Assembly: GCA_038326945.1 (NCBI GenBank)
Contig: JBBQKN010000012.1
Coordinates: forward strand, 8,111-72,110
DNA from: Hyphomicrobiales bacterium
GTDB taxonomy: Bacteria; Pseudomonadota; Alphaproteobacteria; Rhizobiales; Methyloligellaceae
Reading direction: 5' to 3'
Length of the DNA: 64,000 nucleotides
This document shows positions 45,968-57,928 of this stretch, piece after piece. The position numbers and the translations under genes are program-made. The notes under the pieces were generated by a model. The model was not told where the DNA came from. It did no database searches and worked only from the letters and a program-made list of their open reading frames with translations. How positions within the stretch are numbered: the first letter of the stretch is position 1; every line of letters starts with the position of its first letter.

Positions 45968-46735
45968 TTATGGCATGAACTCGGCGGCGCCGAGGATGGG
46001 TCCGGTATTCTCCACCTGCAGCAGCGCGAACAGACAATCGCCCCCCATGGTCTTCAGGTCCTTGAGCGGCAATCTCAGCGTCATCGCCTCGCCGTGCCAG
46101 ATGCCGATCGGGGTGAATTCGCGCACCGGATGATGGTAGCTGAGCGCGCGCCCGCGATTCTCGCCGCGCACGACCTCGACCTTTTCCACCTCCTTGGCGA
46201 TGGCAAGCCAGACCGCGGCCGCGCGGCGGTCGGAGCCCGCTGGCGCGGCGCCGATATCGACGATCAGGGTATCGCCTTCGGCATGCATGCTGACCGGCAC
46301 CTTGACCTCCGCCAGCCTCTTCTCGGCCGCCTTGACCGCGGCGCGCACGGCGCTCTCGTCGGCGCCGTTCACATGGGCGACGCCGTCGACCACGATCTGC
46401 GGTGTGTAGACCCGTCCGTCGCCACGGGACCGCGCGTAGCCACGTTGGCGGTCGCTATTGGCCGGGGTGCCGAGCGTATCGCGCCAGCCGAGATAGTCCC
46501 AATAATCGACGGAGAACGAGAGCGCGACAAGGCCAGGCTTATCGACGAGCCGTCCGAGCAGCGCATCGGCCGGCGGACAGGACGAGCAACCTTGGCTCGT
46601 GAACAGCTCAATCACGGCGCTGGTCTTGCTTGCCGGTGCTGGCGATGGATCGGCCAAGGCCGGTCCGGCGAGCAAGGTGGCCGTGGCCGCGAACGCCAGG
46701 AGAGCACCGCCGCGCGGGAATAGGAGCCGCTTCAT
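45968..46735 (-). CDS. DUF1223 family secreted thioredoxin-like protein
   Basis: Signal peptide, IELFTSQGCSSCPPAD, VDYWDYLGWRD and VYTPQIVVDG. Confidence 0.9.
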   Translation of the reverse strand: MKRLLFPRGGALLAFAATATLLAGPALADPSPAPASKTSAVIELFTSQGCSSCPPADALLGRLVDKPGLVALSFSVDYWDYLGWRDTLGTPANSDRQRGYARSRGDGRVYTPQIVVDGVAHVNGADESAVRAAVKAAEKRLAEVKVPVSMHAEGDTLIVDIGAAPAGSDRRAAAVWLAIAKEVEKVEVVRGENRGRALSYHHPVREFTPIGIWHGEAMTLRLPLKDLKTMGGDCLFALLQVENTGPILGAAEFMP

Positions 46736-46865
46736 GAGAGGTACAATGCAGGAAACGAGCCCATCTTTCCGACGAAAAGCGCTCACCCATGGGTCACAAC
46801 TCGGTGACTGGTTGCAACCTCGGTGAAAGCTTTGGCCCAAAAGCCCGGCCAGCCTTGACTCAAGG

Positions 46866-49571
<2,706 letters not shown>

Positions 49572-49803
49572 CAAAGAACTCCTTGGGCGCAAATTGATCT
49601 TGCGCAAACGAGGCGACATGCAGACGACATGCCAAGGCTTGGCCAATCTCTTGGCGGTGAGGCGCCGGCCATGCCCCCTGGATAACGTGGACCATGCCCG
49701 GACTATTGGAGGCGCGCTCACCTCTATATAAGAGCCCTTGCGGCGAAGAGACAATGCGCGGGAAGCGCAAAGACAAGCCGCGCCGGTTTCCTTGCCTTGC
49801 TTC

Positions 49804-49830
49804 TCTTCATGCCAATCTTCATGCCAATCT
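49804..49830. repeat. 12-bp tandem direct repeat just upstream of ccmA
   Basis: TCTTCATGCCAA TCTTCATGCCAA TCT. Confidence 0.8.
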
Positions 49831-49847
49831 GAGCGAATTCCAGGCAA

Positions 49848-50465
49848 ATGCCTCAAGCGATCAGCCTCTCAGCCCATGAGATCAGTTGCCAGCGCGGCGG
49901 CAGACTCCTGTTCGAGGGATTGAGCTTCTCGCTCGGACCCGGCGAGTCTCTGCTCGTCACCGGGCCGAACGGCGTCGGCAAGACGAGCCTGCTGCGCATG
50001 ATCGCCGGCTTGTTGCCGCTTCACGCCGGCAGCCTCGACGGCGGCGACGCCTCGATCCCGCTCCCCGAGCTTTGCCACTATGTCGGCCACGCCAATGGCA
50101 GTAAGAGCGCGCTGAGCTTGAGCGAGAATGTCGAATTCTGGGCCGACTTTCTCGGCGGCGGCAGGTCCGATCTCGATGGCGCCTTCCGTACCTTCGGGCT
50201 TGCGAGCCTCGAGGCGCTGCCGGCGGGACTGCTCTCGGCCGGGCAAAAACGCAAGCTGTCGCTGCTTCGACTGTTCGCGGCGGAGCGCCCCATCTGGCTG
50301 CTGGACGAGCCCTCGGTCTCACTCGACGCGCCGTCGGTCACAGCCCTCGGCCAGGCGATCGCCGACCATTTGGCGCAAGGGGGCATCGCCGTGGTTGCCA
50401 GCCATACGCCGCTCAAGCTGCGCTTCTCGCAGGAGCTCGCGCTCAAGCGGGAGCATGTGTCGTGA
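49848..50465 (+). CDS. ccmA: Cytochrome c maturation ABC ATPase CcmA
   Basis: [20 protein letters not shown] and WLLDEP. Confidence 0.93.
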   Translation: MPQAISLSAHEISCQRGGRLLFEGLSFSLGPGESLLVTGPNGVGKTSLLRMIAGLLPLHAGSLDGGDASIPLPELCHYVGHANGSKSALSLSENVEFWADFLGGGRSDLDGAFRTFGLASLEALPAGLLSAGQKRKLSLLRLFAAERPIWLLDEPSVSLDAPSVTALGQAIADHLAQGGIAVVASHTPLKLRFSQELALKREHVS

Positions 50466-51130
50466 AATCAGCCTGGGCTCTGTTCCGCCGCGACGTCGTG
50501 CTCGCCTGGCGCGAGGGCGGCACCACCGGCACCGCGCTTGGCTTCTACCTCGTGGTGGTCGCCATCATTCCCTTAGGGCTGGGCCCAGATCTCAATCTGC
50601 TGTCGCGCATCGCCCCCGGCGTGCTGTGGGTCGCGCTCCTGCTCGCGAGCCTGCTCTCCGCCGACCGCATCTTCCACAACGACTACGAGGATGGCGGCCT
50701 CGACGTTCTGGCGATGGGCCCTTTGCCGCTCGAGCTCGTCGCGGCGCTGAAGAGCCTCGCCCATTGGGTCGTGACTGGCGTGCCGCTGGCCCTGCTCGCG
50801 CCCCTGCTCGGGCTTCTCCTCAATCTGCCGATCGAGGCTTTCCCGCTGCTGGTGCTGGCCATGCTGGCCGGCACCCCGGCCGTCAGCTTCGTCGCCGCCA
50901 TCGGCGCGGGCCTCACTTTAGGCTTGCGACGGAGCGGCGTGCTGCTCGCGCTTCTGGTGCTGCCGCTCTACGTGCCGGTGCTGATTTTCGGCGTGGCCAC
51001 CGTGTCCGCGGCAAGCGTTGGGCCGGCCTCGCCCTGGCCTCCCTTTCTGATGCTTTGCGCCCTCAGCCTGGCGAGCCTGGTGCTCGCGCCCATCGCCGCC
51101 GCCGCGGCGCTGCGCACCGCGCTCCGCTGA
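50462..51130 (+). CDS. ccmB: Heme exporter protein CcmB
   Basis: IAPGVLWVALLLA, DYEDG and LLVLPLYVPVLIFG. Confidence 0.94.
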   Translation: MKSAWALFRRDVVLAWREGGTTGTALGFYLVVVAIIPLGLGPDLNLLSRIAPGVLWVALLLASLLSADRIFHNDYEDGGLDVLAMGPLPLELVAALKSLAHWVVTGVPLALLAPLLGLLLNLPIEAFPLLVLAMLAGTPAVSFVAAIGAGLTLGLRRSGVLLALLVLPLYVPVLIFGVATVSAASVGPASPWPPFLMLCALSLASLVLAPIAAAAALRTALR

Positions 51131-51147
51131 GTCCCTGCCTTGCCGGG

Positions 51148-51305
51148 CCCCCTCGCCGCGGCAGCGCCGGGTCACCCTCTCCCACGAGGGGAGAGGGGAA
51201 AATTTGCAGCGCTTATCAAAACCCCTCGCCCCTTGAGGGAGAGGGCTTTCGCCGCGATCTTGCCGGCGCAGCCTTGGCAAGTCGCATGGGGGGAAGGGTG
51301 AGGGG
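51148..51305. repeat. Inverted pair of REP-like elements between ccmB and ccmC
   Basis: CCCTCTCCC-ACGAG-GGGAGAGGG hairpin plus a degenerate inverted copy CCCCTCGCCCCTTGAGGGAGAGGG...GGGTGAGGGG. Confidence 0.7.
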
Positions 51306-51349
51306 TGAAGTGATTGCGCTGTTTTATCAAACCAACTAGACCAACCGCC

Positions 51350-52081
51350 ATGTGGAGCCTCGCCAATCCGACGCGTTTTCTGGCCCTCGCCGGCCGCGTC
51401 ATTCCCTGGCTCGCGGCGCTTACCTTCCTCCTCATCGGCATCGGCCTTTACCTCGCGCTGTTCGTGGCCCCGCCCGACTACCAGCAAGGCGAGACCGTGA
51501 AGATCATGTTCCTGCACGTGCCCGCGGCGTGGCTTGCCATGTTCGGCTACACCCTGATCGCGCTTGCAAGCCTGGGCTCGCTGATCTGGCGCCATCCCCT
51601 GGCCGAGGTCGCGGCCAAGACCGCCGCACCGATCGGCGCCACCTTCTGCTTCCTCGCCCTCGTCACCGGCTCGCTCTGGGGCAAGCCGATGTGGGGCACC
51701 TATTGGGTGTGGGACGCGCGATTGACGTCGATGCTGGTGCTGTTTCTGCTCTATCTCGGCCTGATCGCGCTGTGGCAATCGATCGAGGAGCCGAGCCGGG
51801 CCGGGCGGGCCGCGGCCATCCTCGCCCTGGTCGGCTTCATCAACGTGCCCATCATCAAATTCTCGGTGGATTGGTGGAACACGCTGCACCAGCCAGCGAG
51901 CATTTTCCGCGTCGGCGGCCCCACCATCGATCCGTCGCTGCTCATGCCCCTCTTTGTCATGGCCGCCGGCTTCACGCTTCTGTTCGTGCTCCTGCACCTC
52001 ATCGCCATGCGCGCCGAGATCCTAAGGCGCCGCGTGCATGCGCTCCGTCAGGTGCATGTCGAGCGCGCCGCGGCAGCTTAG
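51350..52081 (+). CDS. ccmC: Heme chaperone/exporter CcmC
   Basis: IMFLHVPAAW, WWD-type motif WGKPMWGTYWVWDARLT, and WWNTLHQ. Confidence 0.95.
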   Translation: MWSLANPTRFLALAGRVIPWLAALTFLLIGIGLYLALFVAPPDYQQGETVKIMFLHVPAAWLAMFGYTLIALASLGSLIWRHPLAEVAAKTAAPIGATFCFLALVTGSLWGKPMWGTYWVWDARLTSMLVLFLLYLGLIALWQSIEEPSRAGRAAAILALVGFINVPIIKFSVDWWNTLHQPASIFRVGGPTIDPSLLMPLFVMAAGFTLLFVLLHLIAMRAEILRRRVHALRQVHVERAAAA

Positions 52082-52096
52082 CCAAGCCCCGCCTCC

Positions 52097-52342
52097 ATGC
52101 CCGATCTCGGTCCCCATGCGGTCTTCATCTGGGCAGCCTATGGCATCACCTTCATCACGGTGACCGCGCTGGTGCTGTTCATCCTGCGCGACGACCGGCG
52201 GCAGCGGCAGATTTTGGCGGAGCTCGAGCGCCAAGGCTTCACCCGGCGCTCGGCCAAGCCCGCAGCGACAACCGAGCCGGCTGCCACAACCAAGCCGAAG
52301 CCTAGACAAAGAAAAGCCCGAGCCAGAAAGCCGAGCCCATGA
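52097..52342 (+). CDS. ccmD: CcmD with an extended basic C-terminal tail
   Basis: HAVFIWAAYG TM helix followed by a charged segment; located between ccmC and ccmG. Confidence 0.85.
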   Translation: MPDLGPHAVFIWAAYGITFITVTALVLFILRDDRRQRQILAELERQGFTRRSAKPAATTEPAATTKPKPRQRKARARKPSP

Positions 52343-52932
52343 CCGAGCCAGAAACACGATCCTTCTGGCGGAAATGGAGCCTGGCGCTGCCGCTCCTCAT
52401 CTTCGCCAGCCTCGCCGGACTGTTCTGGCTCGCTTTGCATGGCGGCGACCCCTCCCACCTGCCCTCGGCGCTGTTAGGCAAGCCCGTCCCACCCTTCGAT
52501 TTGCCCGAGATCGAAGCGCTCACCGGCGAAGGCGGCGGGGCGGAAGCCTTCGGGGCTGCGGATCTTGCGACCGGTCAGCCGACGATCGTGAATGTATGGG
52601 CCTCCTGGTGCGTGCCCTGCCGCGAGGAACACCCCTTGCTCATGCAGCTGGCAAAGCAGCCGGGAGTACGCCTCTACGGCATCAACTACAAGGACGATCC
52701 GGCCGCGGCACGGCGGTTTCTCGGCCGCTATGGCAATCCGTTTGCGCGCGTGGGCGCGGACCGCACCGGGCGCGTGGCCATCGACTGGGGCGTCTATGGC
52801 GTGCCGGAGACCTATGTGATCACGGGCGACGGCAAGATCGCCTACCGCCATGTGGGTCCGCTGACCGAGGAGGCGATCCGCGAAAAGCTCTTGCCCAAAT
52901 TGACGGAGCCAAGCTCCAAGCCTCAGGGCTGA
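52339..52932 (+). CDS. ccmG: Thiol:disulfide oxidoreductase CcmG/DsbE
   Basis: [30 protein letters not shown] and DWGVYGVPETY. Confidence 0.93.
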   Translation: MTEPETRSFWRKWSLALPLLIFASLAGLFWLALHGGDPSHLPSALLGKPVPPFDLPEIEALTGEGGGAEAFGAADLATGQPTIVNVWASWCVPCREEHPLLMQLAKQPGVRLYGINYKDDPAAARRFLGRYGNPFARVGADRTGRVAIDWGVYGVPETYVITGDGKIAYRHVGPLTEEAIREKLLPKLTEPSSKPQG

Positions 52933-52956
52933 GCCGCGTCCACCAATTGAGGCCCG

Positions 52957-53397
52957 CTATTTGCGCGCCGCGGTCACAATCGTGTGAAGAGTGTCGAGGA
53001 ACTCCTGCCGTTTGGCCGGCGGCAGCGCCGCGAGCAGGCGCGAATCCGTCGCCGCCGCCCCGGGCTCGGCCTCGCGTAGGCCCTTCCAGCCCTGGGAGGT
53101 CAGTTTGATGGCGTAGGCCCGGCCATCCTCCTTAGCCCGGCGCCGATGGATCAGCCCCCTCGACAGCAGCCTCGCGACAATGTCGGCAAGGGTCGACCTG
53201 TCGATCCCCGTGCGTTCCACCAAGTCGGTCTGGGTCAAGCCTTCCTCGTCCGCGATGGTCATGAGCACGGCGAATTGGCGGGGGGTCAGGCCACTGGAGC
53301 GAGCCTCGACTTGAAAAATATCGGCCGCGCATTGGCCGGCTCGATGGATCAGATGGGTCACCGAGCGCTCAAGCTGACTGATATTCTTAGACGCCAT
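52957..53397 (-). CDS. MarR-family transcriptional regulator
   Basis: LTPRQFAVL, LTQTDLV..GIDRSTL and EDGRA..LT. Confidence 0.9.
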   Translation of the reverse strand: MASKNISQLERSVTHLIHRAGQCAADIFQVEARSSGLTPRQFAVLMTIADEEGLTQTDLVERTGIDRSTLADIVARLLSRGLIHRRRAKEDGRAYAIKLTSQGWKGLREAEPGAAATDSRLLAALPPAKRQEFLDTLHTIVTAARK

Positions 53398-53468
53398 TCC
53401 GAGCCCAGCCTCTTTCGCGCAAAAAGGGCAACACCGTAATCTTCACCCCCGCTAATCCAGCATTTTTA

Positions 53469-53485
53469 AGTTGTTTACCACAACT
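53469..53485. promoter_or_regulatory. Inverted repeat, candidate MarR operator
   Basis: AGTTGT-TTACC-ACAACT in an AT-rich patch ~70 bp upstream of the MarR start. Confidence 0.4.
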
Positions 53486-53661
53486 CGCACGCGGCTTCAG
53501 CAACCACAGAACTGTATTCTCCCCAACGCGAAGGGAGGCCTGTTACTCAACTCGTAAGAAAAGTGGCAGCCCGCGCGAGGCATATTGGTTGCAGGCACGC
53601 AACCCACAAGGCCCAAGCTGACAAAGCTTCGGCAGACCTTTGTCGTAAGCTTAAGAGCCGT

Positions 53662-54303
53662 TTAGGGGCGCGGCAGCTCGTCGTGGCGCGGAGTCTCGGC
53701 CCCCTCCTCCGACGTCAGACCGTAACGCTGCATGAGCGGCATCTGGGAAAGGGCGAAGGCGAAAGTGAGTGGCAGAAAGCCGAAGGCTTTGAAACTCACC
53801 CAGGCATTTGTGGAAAAGTTGCGCCATACAAGCTCGTTGACCAAGGCCATGGCGATGAAGAACACGGCCCAGCGCAGCGTCAGCTTGCGCCAGCCTTCCT
53901 CGGTGAGATTGAACACAGGGCCGAGCAGAAGCTCGAGCACCGGCTTCTTCATCAGTAACCCGGCCCCAAGCACCACGGCGAAGATCATGTAGACGATGGT
54001 GGGCTTGAGCTTGATGAAGGTCTCGTCGCGCAGATAAAGCGTCAGCGTGCCGAAAACGAGCACGACCGCGCCGCTGACGAGCGGCATCACCGGCAGCTTG
54101 CGATAGCGCCACCAAGCCACGGCAAGCGAGATCAGCGTCACCACCATGAACGCCGCCGTCGCCACATAGATGCCGGCCGCCGCGTTGGCACCGAAGAACA
54201 CGAGCAAGGGTCCGAGCTCGATCGCAAGCTTGGCGGCAAGCGCCTGACCGCTTTGGGCGTTCTTGGTCTGGATCGCCGGCGAGGCCTTAGGCTGCTGCGG
54301 CAT
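53662..54303 (-). CDS. yciB: Intracellular septation protein A (YciB/IspZ)
   Basis: [26 protein letters not shown] and WVSFKAFG. Confidence 0.9.
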   Translation of the reverse strand: MPQQPKASPAIQTKNAQSGQALAAKLAIELGPLLVFFGANAAAGIYVATAAFMVVTLISLAVAWWRYRKLPVMPLVSGAVVLVFGTLTLYLRDETFIKLKPTIVYMIFAVVLGAGLLMKKPVLELLLGPVFNLTEEGWRKLTLRWAVFFIAMALVNELVWRNFSTNAWVSFKAFGFLPLTFAFALSQMPLMQRYGLTSEEGAETPRHDELPRP

Positions 54304-55768
54304 TGTTGTGGTCCACACCGGCAATGGCGCCGGCGAAGTCTTGGGCGTCGAAAGCCTGTAGGTCGTCCACGCCTTCGCCGACACCGAGGGCATTGACCGG
54401 CAGGCCGAAACGCTCGGCGATGGCGACAAGGATGCCGCCGCGGGCGGTGCCATCGAGCTTGGTCAGCACCAGGCTGGTGACGCCTGCGATCTCCTGGAAG
54501 ATCTGCACCTGATTGAGGGCGTTCTGCCCGGTGGTGGCGTCGAGCACGAGCACGACACTGTGGGGCGCCTTTGGGTCGAGCTTCTTGAGCACGCGCACGA
54601 TCTTGGCCAGCTCCGCCATCAGGTCCGATTTGTTCTGCAGCCGCCCCGCCGTATCGATGATCAGCACGTCGTGGCCCTCGGCTCTTGCCCGCTCGAATGC
54701 CTCAAAGGCGACGCCGGCGGGATCGGCCCCGACATCCTTGGCCACCACTTCAGCCCCGACGCGCTGGCCCCAGACCTTCAACTGGTCGATGGCGGCGGCG
54801 CGGAAGGTATCGGCGGCCGCCAGCATCACGGATTTGTCCGCGCGCATGAACTGACGCGCCATCTTCGCTGCCGTCGTCGTCTTGCCGGTGCCATTCACCC
54901 CAACGAGCAGGATCACATGCGGGTGCGCCTCGGGCGCAAGCTTGAACGGCTCGGCCACGGGCGCGAGCACCTTGGCGATCTCGGCCGCGAGCACCTCGCG
55001 CACGCCTTGCGGCGAAAGTCCCCGCTCATGCCGCGCAGCCGCGATCGCGGACCGGATGCGCGCGGCCATGGCGATGCCAAGATCGGCCTTGATCAGCGCT
55101 CCCTCGAGCTCGTCCAGCGTCTGCTCGTCGAGCTTTCGGCGACTCAAGGCGGAGGTGAGATTGTCGCCGAGCGCCGCGGACGTCCGGGCCAAGCCTTGGC
55201 GAAGCTGCGCGAACCAGCTCCGTCCACGCGTCTCGCCGACGGCCGAGCCCTTGGCTCTGCCGTCGTCCTCGGGCTCCGGCTCTGAGGCCGCCGGTTCCTC
55301 GTCCGGTGCTGGACTTTCGGCGTCGTCGGGGGCGCCGTTTTCCTCGGTCCGAGGCAATCTCTCCTCCGGCGGAGCGGCCCCCGGCTCGCTGGCCGGCCCT
55401 GCCGGCGGCGGTGCCGCCGGTGTGTCAGCTTTGGGCTTTTTGGCGGCGCGGGACTTACTTCCAGCCTTCGGACCACGACCAGGCCCTGTGGGCTCGCCGT
55501 CGCCAGGCGGCGGATGCGGGCCGGCAGGAGGTGGTCCCTTCGGCGCGGTCGCCGTCCTCGCCGCCGTGCGTTGCGCCTTTTTTGGCGGCCGCTTGCGGTC
55601 CGGTGGTTCCTTTCGCGCCGGCTTTGGCTTTGGCGGTTCCTTCTTGGTCGGTGAGGAGGCCGGCGGCTCCTTCTTGGCCGGCTTTACGGCCTCAGCCTTC
55701 TCCGGTGCCGCGCTGCCGCCCAGGCCAAACAGTCGCTGCCAAAAGCCTGACTTCTTGTCGCTACTCAT
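54287..55768 (-). CDS. ftsY: SRP receptor FtsY with a long Pro/Lys/acidic N-terminal region
   Basis: [26 protein letters not shown] and [10 protein letters not shown]. Confidence 0.95.
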   Translation of the reverse strand: MSSDKKSGFWQRLFGLGGSAAPEKAEAVKPAKKEPPASSPTKKEPPKPKPARKEPPDRKRPPKKAQRTAARTATAPKGPPPAGPHPPPGDGEPTGPGRGPKAGSKSRAAKKPKADTPAAPPPAGPASEPGAAPPEERLPRTEENGAPDDAESPAPDEEPAASEPEPEDDGRAKGSAVGETRGRSWFAQLRQGLARTSAALGDNLTSALSRRKLDEQTLDELEGALIKADLGIAMAARIRSAIAAARHERGLSPQGVREVLAAEIAKVLAPVAEPFKLAPEAHPHVILLVGVNGTGKTTTAAKMARQFMRADKSVMLAAADTFRAAAIDQLKVWGQRVGAEVVAKDVGADPAGVAFEAFERARAEGHDVLIIDTAGRLQNKSDLMAELAKIVRVLKKLDPKAPHSVVLVLDATTGQNALNQVQIFQEIAGVTSLVLTKLDGTARGGILVAIAERFGLPVNALGVGEGVDDLQAFDAQDFAGAIAGVDHNNAAAA

Positions 55769-57017
55769 GCCGTATCCTCGCCATCAACGCGCTGCCGTCA
55801 TGACCCCTCACAACGGCATCAATCAGTCGGCCCGCAGCTTCGTTCCCCTCGATCTTCACGGGCGTGAAATCGGCGGCGCGGCCGCGGCCGTCGCTCTCCA
55901 TCAACACCTTGATGTGCCGGCCCTCGGCGCCGGCAAGATGCCGGCGGAGCGCCACGACCCCTTTCTCCCGCAGGCGAGCGGCGCGCTCCGAGACGATCGC
56001 GCCATTGAGTTGCCGCATCCGGGCCGCCGGGGTTCCGGGCCGCGCCGAGAACGGAAACACATGCAGGAACGTCAGCCCGCAATCGTCGATCAGCGCGAGC
56101 GAGCCTGCGAACATGGCGTCACTCTCGGTGGGAAAGCCGGCGATCAGATCGGCGCCGAACACCATGTCGGGGCGCAAGCGCCGCACCTCGTCGCAGAAAC
56201 CGACCGCATGCTCGCGCGAATGGCGGCGCTTCATGCGCTTGAGGGTCAAATTGTCTCCCGCCTGCAACGACAGATGCAGATGCGGCATCAAACGCGCCTC
56301 CTCGGCGATGACCTTCAGCAGCGCGGCGTCGGCCTCGACCGAATCGATCGAGGATAGCCGGAGCCGGGGCAGCTCCGGCACGAGCTTCAGCACCTTGGCC
56401 ACGAGCTTGCCGAGCGTCATCTCGCCCGGGAGGTCGGCGCAATAGGCGGTGATGTCGACGCCGGTGAGCACGATCTCGGCATAGCCGTTCTCCACCAGCT
56501 TGCGGATCTGCGCCACCACCTCGCCCGCCGGCACCGACCGCGAGGGTCCGCGCCCGAAGGGAATGATGCAGAAGGTGCAGCGGTGGTCGCAGCCATTCTG
56601 GATCTGCACATAGGCGCGGGCCTGGCCGCCGAAGCCTTCGATCAGATGACCCGCGGTCTCCTTCACCGACATGATGTCATTGACCCTGACCCGCTCGGTG
56701 TCGCCGCCGAGCGCACGGAAGGTCGCGCCTTGCGTCTTCTCGTGATTGCCGATGACATGGTCGACTTCCGCCATGGCGGCGAAGGCGGCCGGATCGACCT
56801 GTGCGGCGCAGCCGGTGACCACGATCTTGGCGTCGGGGCGCTGGCGGCGGGCTTTGCGGATGGCTTGCCGGGCCTGGCGCACGCTTTCTCGCGTGACGGC
56901 ACAGGTGTTGACGATCACCGCGGACTGAAGTCCTGCGTCCTCGGCGTGCTTGCGCATGACCTCCGACTCATAGGCATTCAGCCTGCAGCCGAAGGTGATG
57001 ATCTCGATCTCTGACAT
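55761..57017 (-). CDS. mtaB: tRNA methylthiotransferase MtaB (radical SAM)
   Basis: TFGCRLNAYES, NTCAVT, TGCAAQ and CDHRCTFCIIP. Confidence 0.9.
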   Translation of the reverse strand: MSEIEIITFGCRLNAYESEVMRKHAEDAGLQSAVIVNTCAVTRESVRQARQAIRKARRQRPDAKIVVTGCAAQVDPAAFAAMAEVDHVIGNHEKTQGATFRALGGDTERVRVNDIMSVKETAGHLIEGFGGQARAYVQIQNGCDHRCTFCIIPFGRGPSRSVPAGEVVAQIRKLVENGYAEIVLTGVDITAYCADLPGEMTLGKLVAKVLKLVPELPRLRLSSIDSVEADAALLKVIAEEARLMPHLHLSLQAGDNLTLKRMKRRHSREHAVGFCDEVRRLRPDMVFGADLIAGFPTESDAMFAGSLALIDDCGLTFLHVFPFSARPGTPAARMRQLNGAIVSERAARLREKGVVALRRHLAGAEGRHIKVLMESDGRGRAADFTPVKIEGNEAAGRLIDAVVRGHDGSALMARIRHE

Positions 57018-57049
57018 TCCAGGCTTCTAACACGAAACTGAGCGATAAG

Positions 57050-57919
57050 TCAGACCCCCACCCCGCCGCCTGCCTTCACAAGCAGCTGGGGCGGGAGCGT
57101 GCCCTCGTAGTCAAGCGCGTAGGGGCCGGTCATCAGGACGTGGTCATCGTCCTCGCGCCAATCGATGACGATGTCTCCGCCCGGAACCGTCACCGTCACG
57201 ACGCGGCTCGTGAGCCCGCGCCGCACCGCCGCGACCGCGGCGGCACAAGCCGCCGTCCCGCACGCTTTGGTTAGGCCGGCGCCACGCTCCCAAGTGCGCA
57301 AGCGCAGGCTGCCGGACCCGGTCACTTGCGCGAGCGACATGTTGGCGCGCTCCGGGAACAGGGGATGGTGCTCCAGCATCGGTCCGAAGCGGGCAAGATC
57401 GTGCGCCTCAATGTCATCGACGAAGAAGATGCAATGCGGGTTGCCGACATTGACGACGGAAGGCGAATGCAAGGCGGGATCGCCGAGCGGCGGCTCGATC
57501 TCGATCCGTTTCGTATCGGGGAAAGGCCGCGCGAGCGGGATCTCGTCCCAATTCAGCCGTGGCGCGCCCATGTCGATGGTCACGGTGCCGTCGTCGTTGA
57601 CGGAGGCGCCAAGGACCGCATTTTCCGTCTCGATGGTGACGCTGGCCGTGCCGCGCTCCTCGGCGATCAGGCCCGCGACGCAGCGCGCGGCATTGCCGCA
57701 AGCGCCGACCTCGCCGCCATCGGCGTTCCAGATACGCATGAACACGTCGGCATCGGCGGACGGCTCGAGCGCGATTAATTGATCGCAGCCAAGCCCGCGC
57801 TTACGGTCGGCGATCGCCGCAACCTCTTCAGTCCCAAGCGCAAGCGGCCGCGCGCGCAGATCGAGCACGACGAAGTCGTTGCCGAGGCCGTTCATCTTGC
57901 GGAAGGACATGGCGCTCAT
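57050..57919 (-). CDS. dapF: Diaminopimelate epimerase
   Basis: KMNGLGNDF, CGNAARC, VGNPH and ERGAGLTKACGT. Confidence 0.95.
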   Translation of the reverse strand: MSAMSFRKMNGLGNDFVVLDLRARPLALGTEEVAAIADRKRGLGCDQLIALEPSADADVFMRIWNADGGEVGACGNAARCVAGLIAEERGTASVTIETENAVLGASVNDDGTVTIDMGAPRLNWDEIPLARPFPDTKRIEIEPPLGDPALHSPSVVNVGNPHCIFFVDDIEAHDLARFGPMLEHHPLFPERANMSLAQVTGSGSLRLRTWERGAGLTKACGTAACAAAVAAVRRGLTSRVVTVTVPGGDIVIDWREDDDHVLMTGPYALDYEGTLPPQLLVKAGGGVGV

Positions 57920-57928
57920 GGGATCCTT

